A stretch of DNA of 64,000 nt from Callorhinchus milii (Eukaryota): NCBI RefSeq assembly GCF_018977255.1, contig NW_024704742.1:45138001-45202000 (forward strand). The letters are read 5' to 3'. Numbering within the stretch: the stretch's first letter is position 1; every line of letters begins with the position of its first letter. The position numbers and the translations under genes were made by a program. The notes beneath the pieces are model-generated. The model did no database searches. It was given only the letters and a program-made list of their open reading frames with translations, and was not told where the DNA came from. Positions 38,229-52,600 of the stretch are shown here, in pieces.

Positions 38229-40429
38229 GTATAGGCCCCATTCCCCCTCCCCCAACATTTCACCCAGATAGTTCCTGCACTGTTTGAGAGGGATTGTTGT
38301 CTGTACAAAGAAACACACCAAGGTTGAATATTGGGAATGGGACAGAAATAAGTATTTCTGGATGCTGTTTGATTAACTTATGAGGCTGAGAAATTTATTT
38401 CTTTATATTAAATATTTGGAGTCAAGGAATCAGGAATGGGCTTGATGGACCAAATATTCTCATCTTGTTGCTTCTTGTTTCCTAGCGGTTATGAAAAATA
38501 CACTGTACCTGGCTCAGTTAATATCACTGAACCCGCTAACACACAATGTCCTGGCCAACTATCTCCCAAATAAATTGGTCATCCATGTCATGGTTGTGTG
38601 TGGGACATTGCTTTGTGATTATTGGCTGCTGCTTTTGCCCATAAAATCCACAGTCACTGGACATTACAGTATTCCCTTTGAGGAACGTTGGCATGGCCTC
38701 CTGATGTGAAAGACATTATACCAAATGTGAGGATTATTATTCACACATAAGAATCTGTAAACTTTCTTCTTGCTGATGGCAAGCCAGACTATTTTCATAC
38801 CCTCCAGCTTGAAACAAAGAATTTCATGGGTAGAAGCTGTGTGCAAGGCAGAACTCCTCTATTTATTGGAGGAATCATACTTCCTCGCTGAGAACCCCAC
38901 ATCAACTTGACAGCCTGAGCATAATGTTGACAACAGTATGATTGTCTGTCTGAACAGAATTGGTTTATTATTTTGCCAGCTGAGTGGTACAGGTGCCAGC
39001 TGCCACCAATACAAGAATACTTCCAGATGTTTTATGCACTTTATGTTATCCTGACTGCTACCATCTTTTAAGTCACACATCAGTTCCATAGATGTTGGCG
39101 GATAGAAAGCTCAGAAGACAAAGTTGCCTCTAAATCTTTGTTTCTGTTAATGCCATTGTCTTGAGGCACTTGTGTATGTTGGAGCATGGGAAAATCAGCC
39201 TCAGATTCCTGCTGTGATAAAAATGAATTAATGTGGTTTTGGAACTTTTTTCACGGTTCATTTCTAACTGTGGTACTACTTATGTCACACAGAGAAACTT
39301 GCACTTCTATTAGATAGGAAGGTCCTGAATTACAAAATCAAAGTCAAGAGAAATGCCATTAGATTAACTTTTGAAATGTTTCAGTTGGATGTTTTATACA
39401 TGCTTTTGACACTCAGGGACATGCGATGTGTGAATATAAAATATATTGATTTTTGATGCTGCAAACACCTATACCTTCAAAAGCCTACATTTCTTGATGA
39501 TCAAACAATGATGCAGCAAACAAAAATAAAGTACCAGTGGAATCACATCTATGATATTCATTAATTGCCTGGTTAAAAAGTATCTCCAGGTCAGTATTCT
39601 CAGCTTGCTGAGTTAGATATTGCTGAGGATATTGTACAAATGTAAATCCAGAAATATTAGTTTCGCCAAATCTTCTGAAATGATCCAATTCTACACCATT
39701 TCTCTTTCCAGTGTTATTTTTCCTCCACACACTGGCTGTCCAAATTTGCATTAGGCTCAGTAGAATCCTGCATTGACATGATATTTGGGGGAAATAAGCT
39801 ATTTGAATCACTCCCATTATCTACTAAGCCATGGAAGCAGTATGAGACAGAAGTGGTTAAAGTTTAATCAACACCTGTAAATTAAAAGCAGCACTGTAAT
39901 TAACATAAATCTTTACCAAGAACATTCTACTGCTGATTCGCCTACTTTAAATGGATTGTTTTTGTCGATGCTGTCACTTTAGGATATAAAGGGAATGAAA
40001 ACTACAGGACACAGCAACTGCAGGTAGATCAATCAAAGCCAAATTAAAGAATGAAAATTAAAAGTAACTTTGTACCAACACAAAGTGCCAGGGCTGAATT
40101 TAATTCAATACATTACTAATAACTATCTTAATATTTTGCCAGTGATGCTGTGTGACATTTGTATTTCATGCTGTTATCTGAATCATCTTCTCTTTTCTCA
40201 ATTAGATGGGGTAAACATAAAATGCAAACATTAGTGTAGGTTATCGAACTGTGCTCTGAATATTGTTGCATCTTATTTTTAAGAAAATAGTTGCCATGTT
40301 TGATCATTCCATGTGAGATTCAGGTCACATCAGTTGTTATATAGAAAAAGGAGCAGGATTTTCCAGTAATAATAATAATCCTTGCATTTGATATAGCGCT
40401 TTTCACATCTTCTAGACGTCCCTAGGTGG

Positions 40430-41310
40430 TGGATTGGGGAGTGAGGTGGTCAGAGAGGTAAGGGGTGCCAGGGTATGAATGGATTTGAGCACAAGTGTGA
40501 GGATTTTGAAGTCGATCCATTCATTGATGGGGAGCCAGTGGAACCTGGCCAGAACTGGTGAGATGTGGGTATGGAGTTTGGTCCAGGTAAGTATGCGGGC
40601 AGCAGAGTTCTGAATGAGCTGGATGTTTTGAATAATGGAGCTGTGTAGATCGTCGGGGAGTGTGTTTGAGTAATCCAGGTGGAAGGTGACAAACGCACGC
40701 GTGAGGATTTCGGCTGCATTTGGGGTAATTATTATTAAGGTATGTCGGAGGCGGGTAATGCGGTGGAGGTGGAGGAAGGCGGCCTTGGTCAGGGACCGGA
40801 TGTAGCAGAGGAAGGACAGCTAGATGGCAAACTGGTTTGGTGAGTCTGAGTGAGAGCCCAGGGAGATTGAGGAGTTTAGATCTGCAGGAATGAAGATGTT
40901 GTTGGGAGCCAAGGAATATGGCTTCCCTCTTGTCCACATTCAGCTACAGGAAGTTTGCACTCATCCAGGCCCTGATGTCTGCCAGATAAGCTGAGAGAAC
41001 ATCAGCGGACCTGGACTCACAGCTGGAGGAAACAAAGTAGATTTGTGTGTTATCCGCATACATGTGAAAGTTTACCCAGTGTCTGTGGATGACATCGCCC
41101 CAAGAGAGCATATAGATGAGGAAAAGAATGGGGCCAAAGATGGAGCCCTGGGGTACTCCGCAGGTGACCAGGCAGGGGTGGGATAAGAAAGCCTTTGCCG
41201 AGATAGTGGAGGCGGTTGGTTAAGTATGACTTGAACCATGTAAGTACGGTCCCACTAAGGGGGATGAGGTAGGAGAGGTGGTGGAGGAGGATGGCGTAGT
41301 CAACTGTGTC
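40430..41310 (-). mobile_element. L2-clade LINE fragment (RT region)
   Basis: Minus strand reads [28 protein letters not shown] and LHWLP-like motifs, with frameshifts. Confidence 0.88.
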
Positions 41311-41500
41311 GAAGGAAAGACAAGTGGAATGGATCTCTTGGAGAGTGAGTTACCTGCAAGGTGCGCAGCAATGGAAGATCAGAATTGAATCAATGATTTG
41401 TAGCAGACTCAATAGTCTAAATCTTGAGCCAGGCAGGTCTGCAATACTCCTAATGTTAATGAAGGACCTAATGTTAATGAATCTGGTTCTTCAATGGGAT
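41310..41500 (+). pseudogene. Tyrosinase-family fragment in opposite orientation to its neighbours
   Basis: QQWKI...ICSRLNSLN, then (shifted frame) VCNTPNVNEGP ~ TYR SSWQIVCSRLEEYN...LCNGTPEGP. Confidence 0.55.
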
Positions 41501-44263
41501 TTAGAGCAGGAGACCAGTCATTCAGAGTTGGAATTCGTTCCACTCGATGCTAAATGTCTTTGAAAAAATAAGCTCTAATGCTTAGGGTGTTCCTACCTGG
41601 ACAAACACCAGAGCTCTACATGGTAAGATTTGTTAGCTGGTTAAACTCCAGCAATACCCCAATGCACACTTTCTGGGATTAGGCATGCACGGTGGGGAGA
41701 GAATGTGTATTCCATGCCAGATGAACAGAAACCAAACATATGTTGAATTCTGAGTAGTTTGGTTTGGAGATGTATAATTCTGGTTGTGAGTTTCCACATA
41801 TGCCAGATATCTGGTTGGCCAAAACAAAAACTGACTATTCCCCCTCACAACATTTCATAAAAAAAATTGTTAAATTTATGGCTCTTTTTATTTGCAAACA
41901 TGATAGCCATTGTGCCATTAAGGTAACAAAAAGCCCCATGAGATGAATGATCATTTAATCTAGAAAATGGTAGGGCAGGACACAGGAGAAACTTTTATTT
42001 TGTATAGTGTCATGAGATCTTTTGCAATCATTGAACAGACATAATACAATTCCTCAGTTTAAACTCTCCTCCGAAAGGTAGCATCCTTCACAATGTTGTG
42101 TCCCCCTGTACTGAACTGGAGCATTAACCTAGATTAGGAGCTGAAATCCCAACATTGGGGTTTAACTAAATGACCTTCTGATCCTGACTCAAATGCTACC
42201 AGCTGAACTAAGATGACATGTTCTGGTGGTTGGTGCTACAGAGTAAAAGATGGAAAGGGATTTAGGTAAATTGTTTGGTCGTTGAGAGGAAAATACCTTT
42301 GTTTTGAATCATCTGTGTACTCCCTCTGATTTCAAATACGTTATTTGTTTTATAAATAGTAAGGAATAAAGGATTTAATCTCACATTTGTAAGCTATTCA
42401 ATGGTTTCAATTTCTGTTGTTTTCAGCTCACATTTATCTTAAAATCGAAAGGTAAATTGGCTAATTTCAAACTGATGATGCATAACGTCCCACTCACTTA
42501 GAACAGAAAATCTCTTGTTGGTATATGACCATAACATTATATATTACTTATATGTATTGTTATGTGTAATTCAGAATAAGCATTTCATTAAATAGTGTGA
42601 TTTTTGCCAGTAATTAAGTCTGTAGGAGTCAATCCCAAGAATTAATGACACCCACGAGCAATGGAACTATTAACTGCATGATAAGGAAGAATAAATTCCA
42701 AATTATGTATTTCCTGAAGGTTTTCTGTAAGATCACAAATGTGTTGTTCTTTCTCAATGAAGCATGACCATATGCATATTTCTAAAAAGCTTAGTTTCAT
42801 TACACCATGATATTGATGCAGGTGCCCATTTGGTGGCATAATGAAAAAAACTCTCAAAAATGTAACATGAAAAATAGCTCACATCACAAAAATTATTGAA
42901 CTTGGCAAGATCTTGTGGATTCCTCCATATGCCTATTTTCAAGAGTTATGTCTGTAACCAGCATACCTTTACAACATTTATTCACATATATATATCTTGT
43001 CTTCCAAACCTTAAGCAGCAGGCCACATTATTTATAACCTCGTTATTAGTTAAAAAGGGATAAACTATAAAGGGCATCATCTATTTCTTTCTCCAATGTG
43101 AACAGATGTATACCAGGAAAACAAGTTCATGTGTGGGTTTTATGACATGCCTAGTATTCAACTATTGTTATTCACAACACATGAAGCAAGTACAAGAGCA
43201 GCTGGAATATTAGATTTCAGAAAGTCTGTGCATACTTGGAAGATTTGGTGATTTTATAGAGTGTGGTTTTATATGGTTGTAAAAAANTTGATCAAAAACA
43301 GTATGGATCTACATAATTTTGGGAGTGGAAGCCTTATACTTAGGATAATAATATAAGGTAAATTAAAGTAGGAAATAGACCAAGAAAAATAGTGCAACTC
43401 AATACAATTTACATTAATTTAGCACCTTTTATATTGAGAGGATGTCTGAAATAGCTTCGCAGTGCTGCATGGACAGATAAGCATACGAGCCCATCCAATT
43501 TCAAACGATAAAATGAAGCTCCAACCTTCAAATTCAATGTAAGAGCAGGAAGAAACAAACAGACTGTTACGTTTTATACTTTTGAAATCATTTGCACAGG
43601 ACTGATAGAGGAGTAGGAAAAATAAATCAAACAATTTTAGTTTGGGTGGTGTTTCAGTCTTTGGTGCTTTATTTTTGGTAACCAACAAAGCAGTTTAAGT
43701 TCCGATGTGGTTCTTTGCTTGGATGGGCCAATTTGTGCAGCCATCAAGGCAGGGTTTAGGTTCAGGATGATTCCATAATACAGCAAAATGAAGATTGTGC
43801 AGTTACCCCAAGACTTCCATGAAATTTTTCTCCATTTTTCTTTTTTTTCCATTTCGCCCACACAACATACAGTCTATTAATTTTACAATATATTACGTGA
43901 ATCGCTTTGAGACATCTCAAAGATGTGATAAGGCACTTTTTCAAATGCAAGGATTATTATTATAAATTCTACTATTTCATTGTTATGGAACAAGCCCCAC
44001 GTCGGGACTTCAAACTCACCTAAACTGACATTCCAATGCAATACAATCCAGTGTGTTGGTTTGTTGGAGGTACTGTCCTCCTGATGAGATGATAAACTGC
44101 GCTCCCATATGTTTGTTCTTGGAGTCTTGGAGAACAGTTCCCCCAATTAAAATTGGTCCAAGCGCTCCAACATGCCATCCGACTTGAAGGCGGCTATATA
44201 AATGCAAGTTGTTGTCTTTGTCGATCACTTCATGACTGTTTGAGGGAGATTGTGTGTTCAATT

Positions 44264-44512
44264 TAATAATAATCCTTGCATTTGATATAGCGCTTTTCAC
44301 GTCGGGAGGACGTCCCAAAGCGCTTCACAGAACACACTGTAAAGTGTATATTTGTATATTTGTGGGCGAACGCGGCAGCCAATTGCGCACAGCAATGTCC
44401 CACAAACAGTCGTAGATTGAAAATGACCAATTTATTATTGTTTTTGGTTTTGGAGGGATTATTATTAGGCGTGTGGAGTAAGGAAACTTGCCCAAGGTTT
44501 CGCCCTGCCTGG
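44264..44512 (-). mobile_element. tRNA-derived SINE, short form, 5'-truncated
   Basis: Near-identical reverse complement of 30106-30365. Confidence 0.88.
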
Positions 44513-45229
44513 AAGGGCTACTAAAAGTCACTCCACTTTACAGGGTATGTGTGGTGAAGCTCCTTGAGACATCCTTTCGATGTGAAAGGTATTATAACAA
44601 ATTTAAGGATTATTATTATTACTATTTCCCAGAAATTATCGTGACAAAATTGCATTCATACCGATTATTTACTGGGAGCACCCAGTCAATGTGAACAGTT
44701 GTCAACATAATTAATCAAACGCTAGGATGCATCTTAGCTCCATTTGACTATAAGTTACTCTACCTTGTATAGATCATTGTGTGCAGTGTTGAGCACTGTA
44801 CCTTAAGAGGACATTGATACATGAGAACAGATTCAGAAAAAAACAAAAGAACAATTCTGTGAGTCAGAACTTTAAATTATGAGGTAAGAATCAGAAAAGT
44901 CAGGGTTTATTGGAAAAATAAAGATTTCTTGGGAATGGGAAGTGGGGAGGGAAAGAATGCACCCTGTTCTTTAAAATGCAGAGATTAATAGGAGATATAG
45001 ATAATACTACTACTGCTACTAATAATAAACCCTATATTTAATATCACATCTCAAACCACTTCACAGAATATACTGTAAAGTGAATTAACTATGTTCTGTG
45101 GGCGAAATGCGACAGCCAAGTGCACAAAGCCGTGAAATGCAAACATTCTTTTAATTAGCGTTGAAACAAGACAGAATTGGGTTTAAAATTGAGACACCTG
45201 AAGTGAGACTAGAAATTAAGATTTCTATT

Positions 45230-45450
45230 TGATATATGAAACTACAAAAATGTACAACACAATTGGAGTCCATTATTGTGTGTCGCTGCTTTCTTTTCTA
45301 AGTAGCCATCAATTTCCTGTTCTTTCCCCAGAAATTCTAATACCCTTCCTACATTTGTGTCAGTCCAATCCGATTTCTACGTCCACTTTATTTGCTATAA
45401 CTTACCCATTGCAGCTTCGCTTGCAACTAAAGAATCCAATATGCAATGTA
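45230..45450 (-). pseudogene. Tyrosinase-family relic S (Cys-rich fragment)
   Basis: FFSCKRSCNG (45434-45405) ~ TYRP1 FFNRTCHCNG with exact spacing. *HKCRKGIR ~ CGTCRPGWR in the same frame. Confidence 0.5.
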
Positions 45451-45999
45451 CATGGACACACACACAGACAGACATTTCATCTTTATCAATACTCACCTGG
45501 GAGGACTCCAGTGGGAGGACTCCTTTTGGGAGGACTCAATGGACATGGGTACTTTAATGTTCATCTGAACATACAGACAGAACCATGGTTTAATGTCTCA
45601 CCAAAAGGACGCCGCTTTCTTAATCTATGTTATATTCCAGGTCTTTCCTGGACAAAGTAGCCTTAGTGAACTAGACAAGGCAGTGCTCCTCCAGCATTGC
45701 ATTGGAATATCTGTTTCAACTATAATCTTATATGACTCTTATATATATCTTGTATATATTATATTTTATATATATATTATATAAGATATATATATATATT
45801 GTATCTTATATGATCTTATATGACCTTGACGCTCTGCAGCAAAAAATAGTTTTTAAACATAAGGGACTTTCTAGATTTATTGACAAACAGGACTTATGAA
45901 TGAGTGGAAGTGACTTTAAAAATGCAGATTGAAATAAAAGTGGAACAATTAACCTTTGATTGATTGGGATTACAAGCCATGCTGTTTAATTGATCTTTG

Positions 46000-46620
46000 C
46001 CTTTGTTCAGCAGCATGTCCAACTGTATCAGAAAACCTTGATTCCCACTTTCCTTTCTGTACAGTCTCCTTCAGCATTTAATTTCTGCCAAATACATCAG
46101 CTTTGGCAATGGGGGCCTGTATCAAGCTTCTCCCTTCCAAAGCTTTGGTAAAAGGTTAGAACTTTTGAAATGCTTCCTTTCTCTATTAAAATGAAGGACA
46201 AGTCAAATCTGCTTGATTGTTTCATTTGACAAGCAAATAGTTTTTTTTTTAAATTATTCGGGAGACTCCAGAATCAATTGAAATGCTCAAAATGATGCGA
46301 AGAGCTCATTTTTTAAAATCAGTTTTACATTTTTACACAGATAATTAAAAGCGATGCTCGTCTAGAAGAAATTAACCTTATCCGATAATTGTGTGGTATA
46401 AGTCATCCTTATCCTTATCCTGACACAATGAACATTATTTTAATAAATCAAAATACAATGAACTTGCCATTGTTTGATCAGATAATTGCACTGGAATACA
46501 ATGTATCAAATATTGGTGTACCAAGAAGGGCACATTTTGAATGCGAAGGTCGAAGAAGTTGTGCACATTACATTGAAGAACCTGAGGACAAAATCCAAAC
46601 CATTTGCTATTAAACTAGTC
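46000..46620 (-). pseudogene. Tyrosinase-family relic T (pre-CuA fragment)
   Basis: FGFCP ~ FGFWGP. HNFFDL...HQYL (NFFDL 46560-46546) ~ TYR RNIFDL...FAYL. The downstream extent is uncertain. Confidence 0.45.
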
Positions 46621-46899
46621 AGGATTCATTTTAGATTGTGAAATTAAATTTTTATAAGAGTTTCTTACAAGAAACAAGTGTGCATTAAACCACACCGCTG
46701 CTAAGCAATACTCGTGAAGGGCGCTATATAAATGCAAGTTGCTGTTGTAAAGTGTTTTTATGTTAAATGCTTAACTTTTTGTGCTGGGTAAGATCCTTTC
46801 TCCCCAGGTTCAAATAGAGTAAAGGTTACATTGTTGAAGCAAACAAAAACAGTTTATCAATATAAATAAATGGCTATTTAGTCAAGCAGGGAATTAACT

Positions 46900-47300
46900 T
46901 TTCCACAGTCCACCACACGCTGCTCCAAAGGTGTTCTGCTTACTTATGCTACACATGGCTGAATCAGGCTTGGTTATTCACCATTACCACAAGGAGAGAT
47001 ACTTTAAAAGAGAAACATGTGTTTTTAAGCAGCTGAATTATGGATGAGAATTTGTGCTGAAGTGAATGGGCAGGTTGGGTTTCCTGTAACTAATGTAAAC
47101 AGAGGTGTATTTGCATCCTGAACTCTTTCTGTGATTGATTATGTCTGCCTACCTGAATACTCACTTAATAAGTATCCATCAAGAGGAATGTATTCCTAAT
47201 TGCCAGTTCTATTAACCATCATTATCTCCAACCTTCCTCCCATCAGAAGTGTTAATGAACACTATGCTATCCTTTCTGATAATGGGAAAAGGAGGCCATT
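46900..47300 (-). pseudogene. Tyrosinase-family relic U (linker to CuB)
   Basis: CSLTLLMGGR (LMGGR 47246-47232) ~ CTDDLMGSR / CTDEYMGGQ. NTPLF ~ DTPPF. IHNSAA*KHMFL (47045-47010) ~ LHNLAHLFL. Confidence 0.5.
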
Positions 47301-48659
47301 AAGTAAATTGGAGTCATAGACATACATTTCTCAGCGTGCTTTTCATTGAAGAATTTCACATTCCTTAAACCTCACACTTACAATGAAGCCACAGAAGCCC
47401 ACCGCAGTTCTTTATCAAATATTAAAACTCACTATTTTAATTCATAGGATGTAAATTTAATGCACCGTCATTGGTTTAATATTCAAACATAATGAAACTA
47501 AATATAGATATCAGAGGTTGTACTATTGTCATTGATAATTTAGTAAAGCATTTACTATTATTACAAATAAAAATCTATAATAGTAGATTATAGGAAATAG
47601 GAAATGTGGAGTATTATAGGGAAGAAATTTAAAGCATACATATAGAGAACAAAAGTAATATTATTAATGGATTAATTAGTAATAATAACAAATAATTCGG
47701 ACATTTTATATAATGCTTTTCAACATAGGAGGATGTATCAAAGAGCTTCACAGGATTTAATATATAGTGAAGTGATTGTGCATTTGTGAGTAAAAGCAAA
47801 GCTAATTTTCACACGGTAATGTTCCAGAAAGAGTATGAAGTGAATCACTAATTTTATTTGGGAGATTGTTGCCCAGATCATCGGGTGAAACATCACCTGA
47901 AAAGGCAGACATCAGTTTAACATCTCCTATAAAGCACAACCCCTCCAACAGTACAGCATTCCCCCAACACTGCATTGGAATGTCAGCCTTGCCTAATAAT
48001 GTTATTGATAATATTCCTCAAGCATATATTAGGAATATACAAACAGGACCAGTTATACTAGATCATGGCAGCTATTTTTTTTAAAATTTAATTTCTCTTG
48101 GGTTTATTACCAACTAAGCCTTACTGTTGACATTAATCCCATGTATATCTGTGAACATTCAATGTCATTAATATCAAACATCGAATTCCAGAATAGCATT
48201 ACTTCTGATTGACTGGACACCTTCAAATGTGTGAACTTTGCTTAATCAAATTCAATTCATTTTAGCCTTACAGAAATTAGACTTATGTATAATACGCCAT
48301 CTGTAGATAAATATATTAATAGTTCATATATTATATATTCCATCTGTCTTAATCACTTTCATAAATAATAAGTGTGATCAATTTCTCGCTTGAGCTGTAT
48401 TTGACTAGAACACCACATACATACATTAGACCTAAAATTCCATTTATTCCTAGCCTGTAAAATAGTTTTATCTCTTTTAAATCCAATCTTAATTTGGATT
48501 ATTTTTTAAGAACTGCTGAAAACAAGATCCCAAATCATGCTGAATTTTCCACAATTCTGTCAAATTTTAAAATAAAATGATCTTACAAGCTAAGACTAGG
48601 TGGAAATATCAGCCTGTTGCATCTAACTCAGTATTTGTTATCTACTCTGAAGCAATTAA

Positions 48660-49100
48660 TAATAATAATAATAATCCGTGCATTTGATATTGCACCTCAT
48701 CACATCATCGAGACGTCTCAAAATGTTCACAGATAGAGTGGATTGAATGCGTATTTTGTGGGCAAATCACAGCAGCCAGTTTGCACACAGCAATGACTCT
48801 CAAACAGCCGTGGAGTGAGTGGACAATTTTATTTGGGAGATTGTTGACTAGGACGCTGATAGAAACTCCCTTTACTTTTTGAATCGTCAAATGGGATCTT
48901 TAATGTCCATCCTGAACAGAGCATAAATGGGACGCTCGGTTTAATATCTCATCCAAAAAACAGCACCTTTGACAACACACCCTGACACTGCCTTGGAGTA
49001 TCAGGTTCGACTATGTGATTCCGGCCCTGATGTGGGCCTTCAACCAACAATTTTGTGATTCAGAGGCGAGAGTGCTATCTCTGGATCAGGCTGACACAAT
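48660..49100 (-). mobile_element. Older Deu-like SINE
   Basis: Similar to 8190-8600 over its length. Confidence 0.7.
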
Positions 49101-50672
49101 ATTGTAATAATAATCCCTGCATTTGATATAGCACCTTATGTCATCCAGACATTGAAAACGCTTCACAGCATATACTGCAAGGTGATGTAAATGTGTTTTA
49201 TGGGCAAACAGCGCAGGAAATTTCTGCACATCAATATCTCAATACCAGCCAAGGAGTAAACGATCAATTTGATTTGGGGGGTTGTTGACTTGCTCTGTGG
49301 ATATAGCCCATGTGATAGTCAAACCAGCAAATAGATACTGTAGTTTGTTGTTAAGGTTCTTGATTTCTCAACCTGAAAATATTGATTAGTTGGCCATCAT
49401 GTTTGTATCTAAAGTCATGTTTGTACCTAAATTTACATACAGTGGGAGTTGAGTTTCTGTTCTATGTTGAGTTAGCAGATATCAGCAGTGAAATTGGCCT
49501 CAGTATTCCTGGGCAATAGAGATCAGCAATTCTGTATCTGATGACTTTACTTTGATGATATCTGTATTTATGCTGCACAAACAGTTATTGTAATTAGTAA
49601 AATGATTACAAAACACTGACAGCTAGAAAAAAAATATTTCTGCACAGTTACAAAGCCGAAACAAGGTCAATTCATTTAATTTTGAGCAAAATAGATGCAT
49701 ATACCATACAAATCTCAGAGGGCACTCAGGAACAAACACGCTGTGATACCTCTATGATTGAACAGCTTGTTAACACTTACTATTTAGAATGGTTATTTGG
49801 ACAACATAATGGTGGGTGACTTATTCCCAGGAAGCTGAGGCGGAGGGGAGAGGAAGGAAGAAAAGTATAGAAAAGCAGTTTTTCCCCAACCATACAGTGA
49901 ACTGATCTAAGACCCTCCAAACAATCACCACTTTCAGTAGAATACGTTTTATTGGTTTACATCTTAGGACAACAGCTTTAATAACTATATATCTGAACAA
50001 AGTGTTAAATTGTACAAGCTGATTTTAATTCATTGTGAATCTTAAGCCCTGTAAATTGAAGTTGATATATTTCCTGAATTTTGATCAGATAGTCTATTAA
50101 TCAGTTTTCACTTCTGCAAGGGGAGGCAAGATTGAAAAGCTACCTGAAAGCAAAGTCGAACAGGTAGATCTTCAGATGGGATTTGGAGGATAGAGTTGGG
50201 GAGGGCAACCAGCAGAATTTTTGAACAATCAGGTCTGGAGGTGATAGAAACATGGATGAGGATTCCACTGCATTGATGGTAAAGAAATGGCAGGAGTAGA
50301 AGATGTCATGGTAATGAAAGAAAGTGGAGTCAAATGTAAGTCAAATTGACAGTGTATGTGAGGCCACATAACATCTCATCATGAGTCACCTCAAACATAA
50401 GTGATTACTATGTCTTGAATTAGTGAGAAATAGGTATTAGGATACTTGAAAATGGATTTGTGAATAAAATAAAATTTGGAATCCAATTGTTTTGTGAAAA
50501 ATAGATATTTACAATGAGCCTAATTTGTGCACTTGACACTAAATGTTTTATATTCCCTAAACCACAAATTCCTAATAATCCATTATATTAGAGACAATAA
50601 TTACTTATTCAGGGGAATTAACCAAGGTCACAAATGGCATTTTAAATTTGAATTGATCTGAATCAAATGACT

Positions 50673-50774
50673 ATTCATTCATTCATTCATTCATTCATTC
50701 ATTCATTCATTCATTCATTCATTCATTCATTCATTCATTCATTCATTCATTCATTCATTCATTCATTCATTCAT
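50673..50774. repeat. (ATTC)n microsatellite
   Basis: Perfect tetranucleotide run of about 100 bp. Confidence 0.98.
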
Positions 50775-52059
50775 ATAAAAGGGAGTTCCATTCACATTTG
50801 TATGACCTGTCCTGCTGATGATTTGCAGGATGCATGTGCAAAGGTATGTTTTGCCATTTACTGGTGATAGTTGCACAGAAATAAACAAAGGGAAGCTAGA
50901 TTCCCATTTTGTGGATATGTTTTTCTTTTCGTAGATTTTATTTTTTTTCTGTCAATTTTCATTCTCCAATTTTCTCCGCTGACCTTATCCTCTCCTGAAA
51001 GCATTTGAATGCTTTTCTTTTCCACCGTGGTATTTTACCACTTGTGCCTAGTTTCTTCTGGTACCTTGCCTAAGAACACAAGAGCACATCTTCTGTGAGT
51101 CTCATGCACTGACAGTCTATTTGTGGGGAGCATCACAGCAAAAAACAGTCAAATTTTCAAACAGGATTCACAATCATATAACTTCCAGTTGAGGTACAGT
51201 GCTTATTCTATGAGGCTAATATTCATTATTATTCATTATTATTCATTATTGCAGCCCCACCTGAAATGTTCTGAAAGGCATGAGATGTGAACCTGAAACT
51301 TTTCCCATTTGTGTGACTCAGCATTGCAGCATCAAGGGAGCTTCATTTAGATATCTTTGTTACTTTTATGTTTTATATTGATGGGTCCCTCAAGGGACAG
51401 AGCCACATTCCATTCCAACTATCTATCTCTCGAATTTCCATGTGTAGGTGGGATGCATGGAATTTTCAGTTTGCACAAAACTGCTCTGGATACTCTTGTG
51501 GGTGGAACATGGCAGACAGTTTACACATAGCAATGTTCCACAAGCAGCCACAAGTGCTCCGAGATGAATCCAATATGAAGGGCGCTATATAAATGCAAGT
51601 TGTTGTTGTTGAGTGATGACCAATTTTATTTTGGAGGATGTGTTGGCCATGACACAGGGAGAAATTCCCTTCTCTTTCCGAATAGAGCCATAGGATTTTT
51701 ATGTCCACATGAACAGGCAAACTGGACCTTAGTTTAACATCTCATCCGAAGGATGGCACCTCCGTCATACCCAGCACTTCACTGGAGTGTCAGCTTAGAC
51801 TATGGGTTTAGGCTGAAGAGTATCCAAACCAGGCTGAGCTTTCCACGTATGTATGCCAGTTACATATGGAAATTTCCCTGTACCTTGAATGGAATGTGCA
51901 CTTTCTCACTGGAAGGACATGATAGGCATACTAATTCCAGAGAACATTCAGCACAAGTTGTAAAGAGCCAAGTAGAAATGACCCCAGGGTATGCATTGGG
52001 AGACTGCTGGAGTTTAACTAGCATATTGTGCCATTGAAAGTATTCCTCTGGCAAGCTTC

Positions 52060-52600
52060 CCATTGCTTGTCCAGTGACAACTACCCTACCTATTTGGGTT
52101 TTGTCTTCATGGTTAACAGGAGCTGAGTGGGAAGAATCCCTATCCACAGTCTACCCCTCCAGTGTCCTACAGTGTTCTGGAGTACTGTGGACCCAACTGT
52201 CTTAGTAACTTTTTATGGATGGAATTATCAAAGGAAGAAGAGGAAAAAAGAAAGAGGAATCAAAGAAAGAGTAGAGCCTGAATCTCTTCTACCCCAGAGA
52301 AGGGTTTACATTCCCTAAGTGAATTATTTGCTTATGCCTGAGCAGAGAGCAGTGTTTGTTGATTAATAGCAACTGATTTGGAGGATTCCTCAATGACTCC
52401 ATCTACTATGCCTGTGGTTGGCCTAAGCACTGGGGGCAATTTTACTGTCATTAGTCTAATCATCATGTCAACTCTATTCAGTAGTTGACTGATGTACTGT
52501 TTTGGACAGCTGGCAGGTTTATCAATTTCACCACAAGTCCTGAGAGACAATTGGCCAGGCCGCAAATGTTTCATGTCATTACTAGCTATCCCAGAGTCCT
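52060..52600 (-). pseudogene. Tyrosinase-family relic V (Cys-rich region to CuA, His1 and His2 retained)
   Basis: RPGQLSLRTC ~ WPLRFFNRTC. KLPPVLR ~ DCT KKPPVIR. SIKSY*DSWVHS (WVHS 52195-52184) ~ SIYNYFVWTHY. DRDSSHSAP (52144-52118, same frame) ~ DIDFAHEAP. Confidence 0.7.

Larger units (their letters stand above)
38850..43830 (-). pseudogene. Tyrosinase-family relic R (near full length, split by L2 and SINEs)
   Basis: SWGNCTIFIL and DGCTNWP (~43815-43725). FKSIKRNSLFVSSCSY ~ FNDINIYDLFVWMHYY (~43585). QEIHNLEFILPY (42717-42681) ~ QEMLQEPSFSLPY. LEILFN...TLFLFAASLFD (~39589-39500) ~ LHIYMN...PIFLLHHAFVD. AFYPPTSMEL (~39111) ~ PFFPPVTNEEL. IKHLE..YWWQL ~ IKSYLE..IWSWL. Confidence 0.68.

Noticed and set aside
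43287..43287. Single N (another near 63965) as a sign that frameshifts are assembly errors
   Set aside because: Lesion density and amino-acid divergence in the relics are far too high for base-call error, and young SINE copies remain near-identical to each other.
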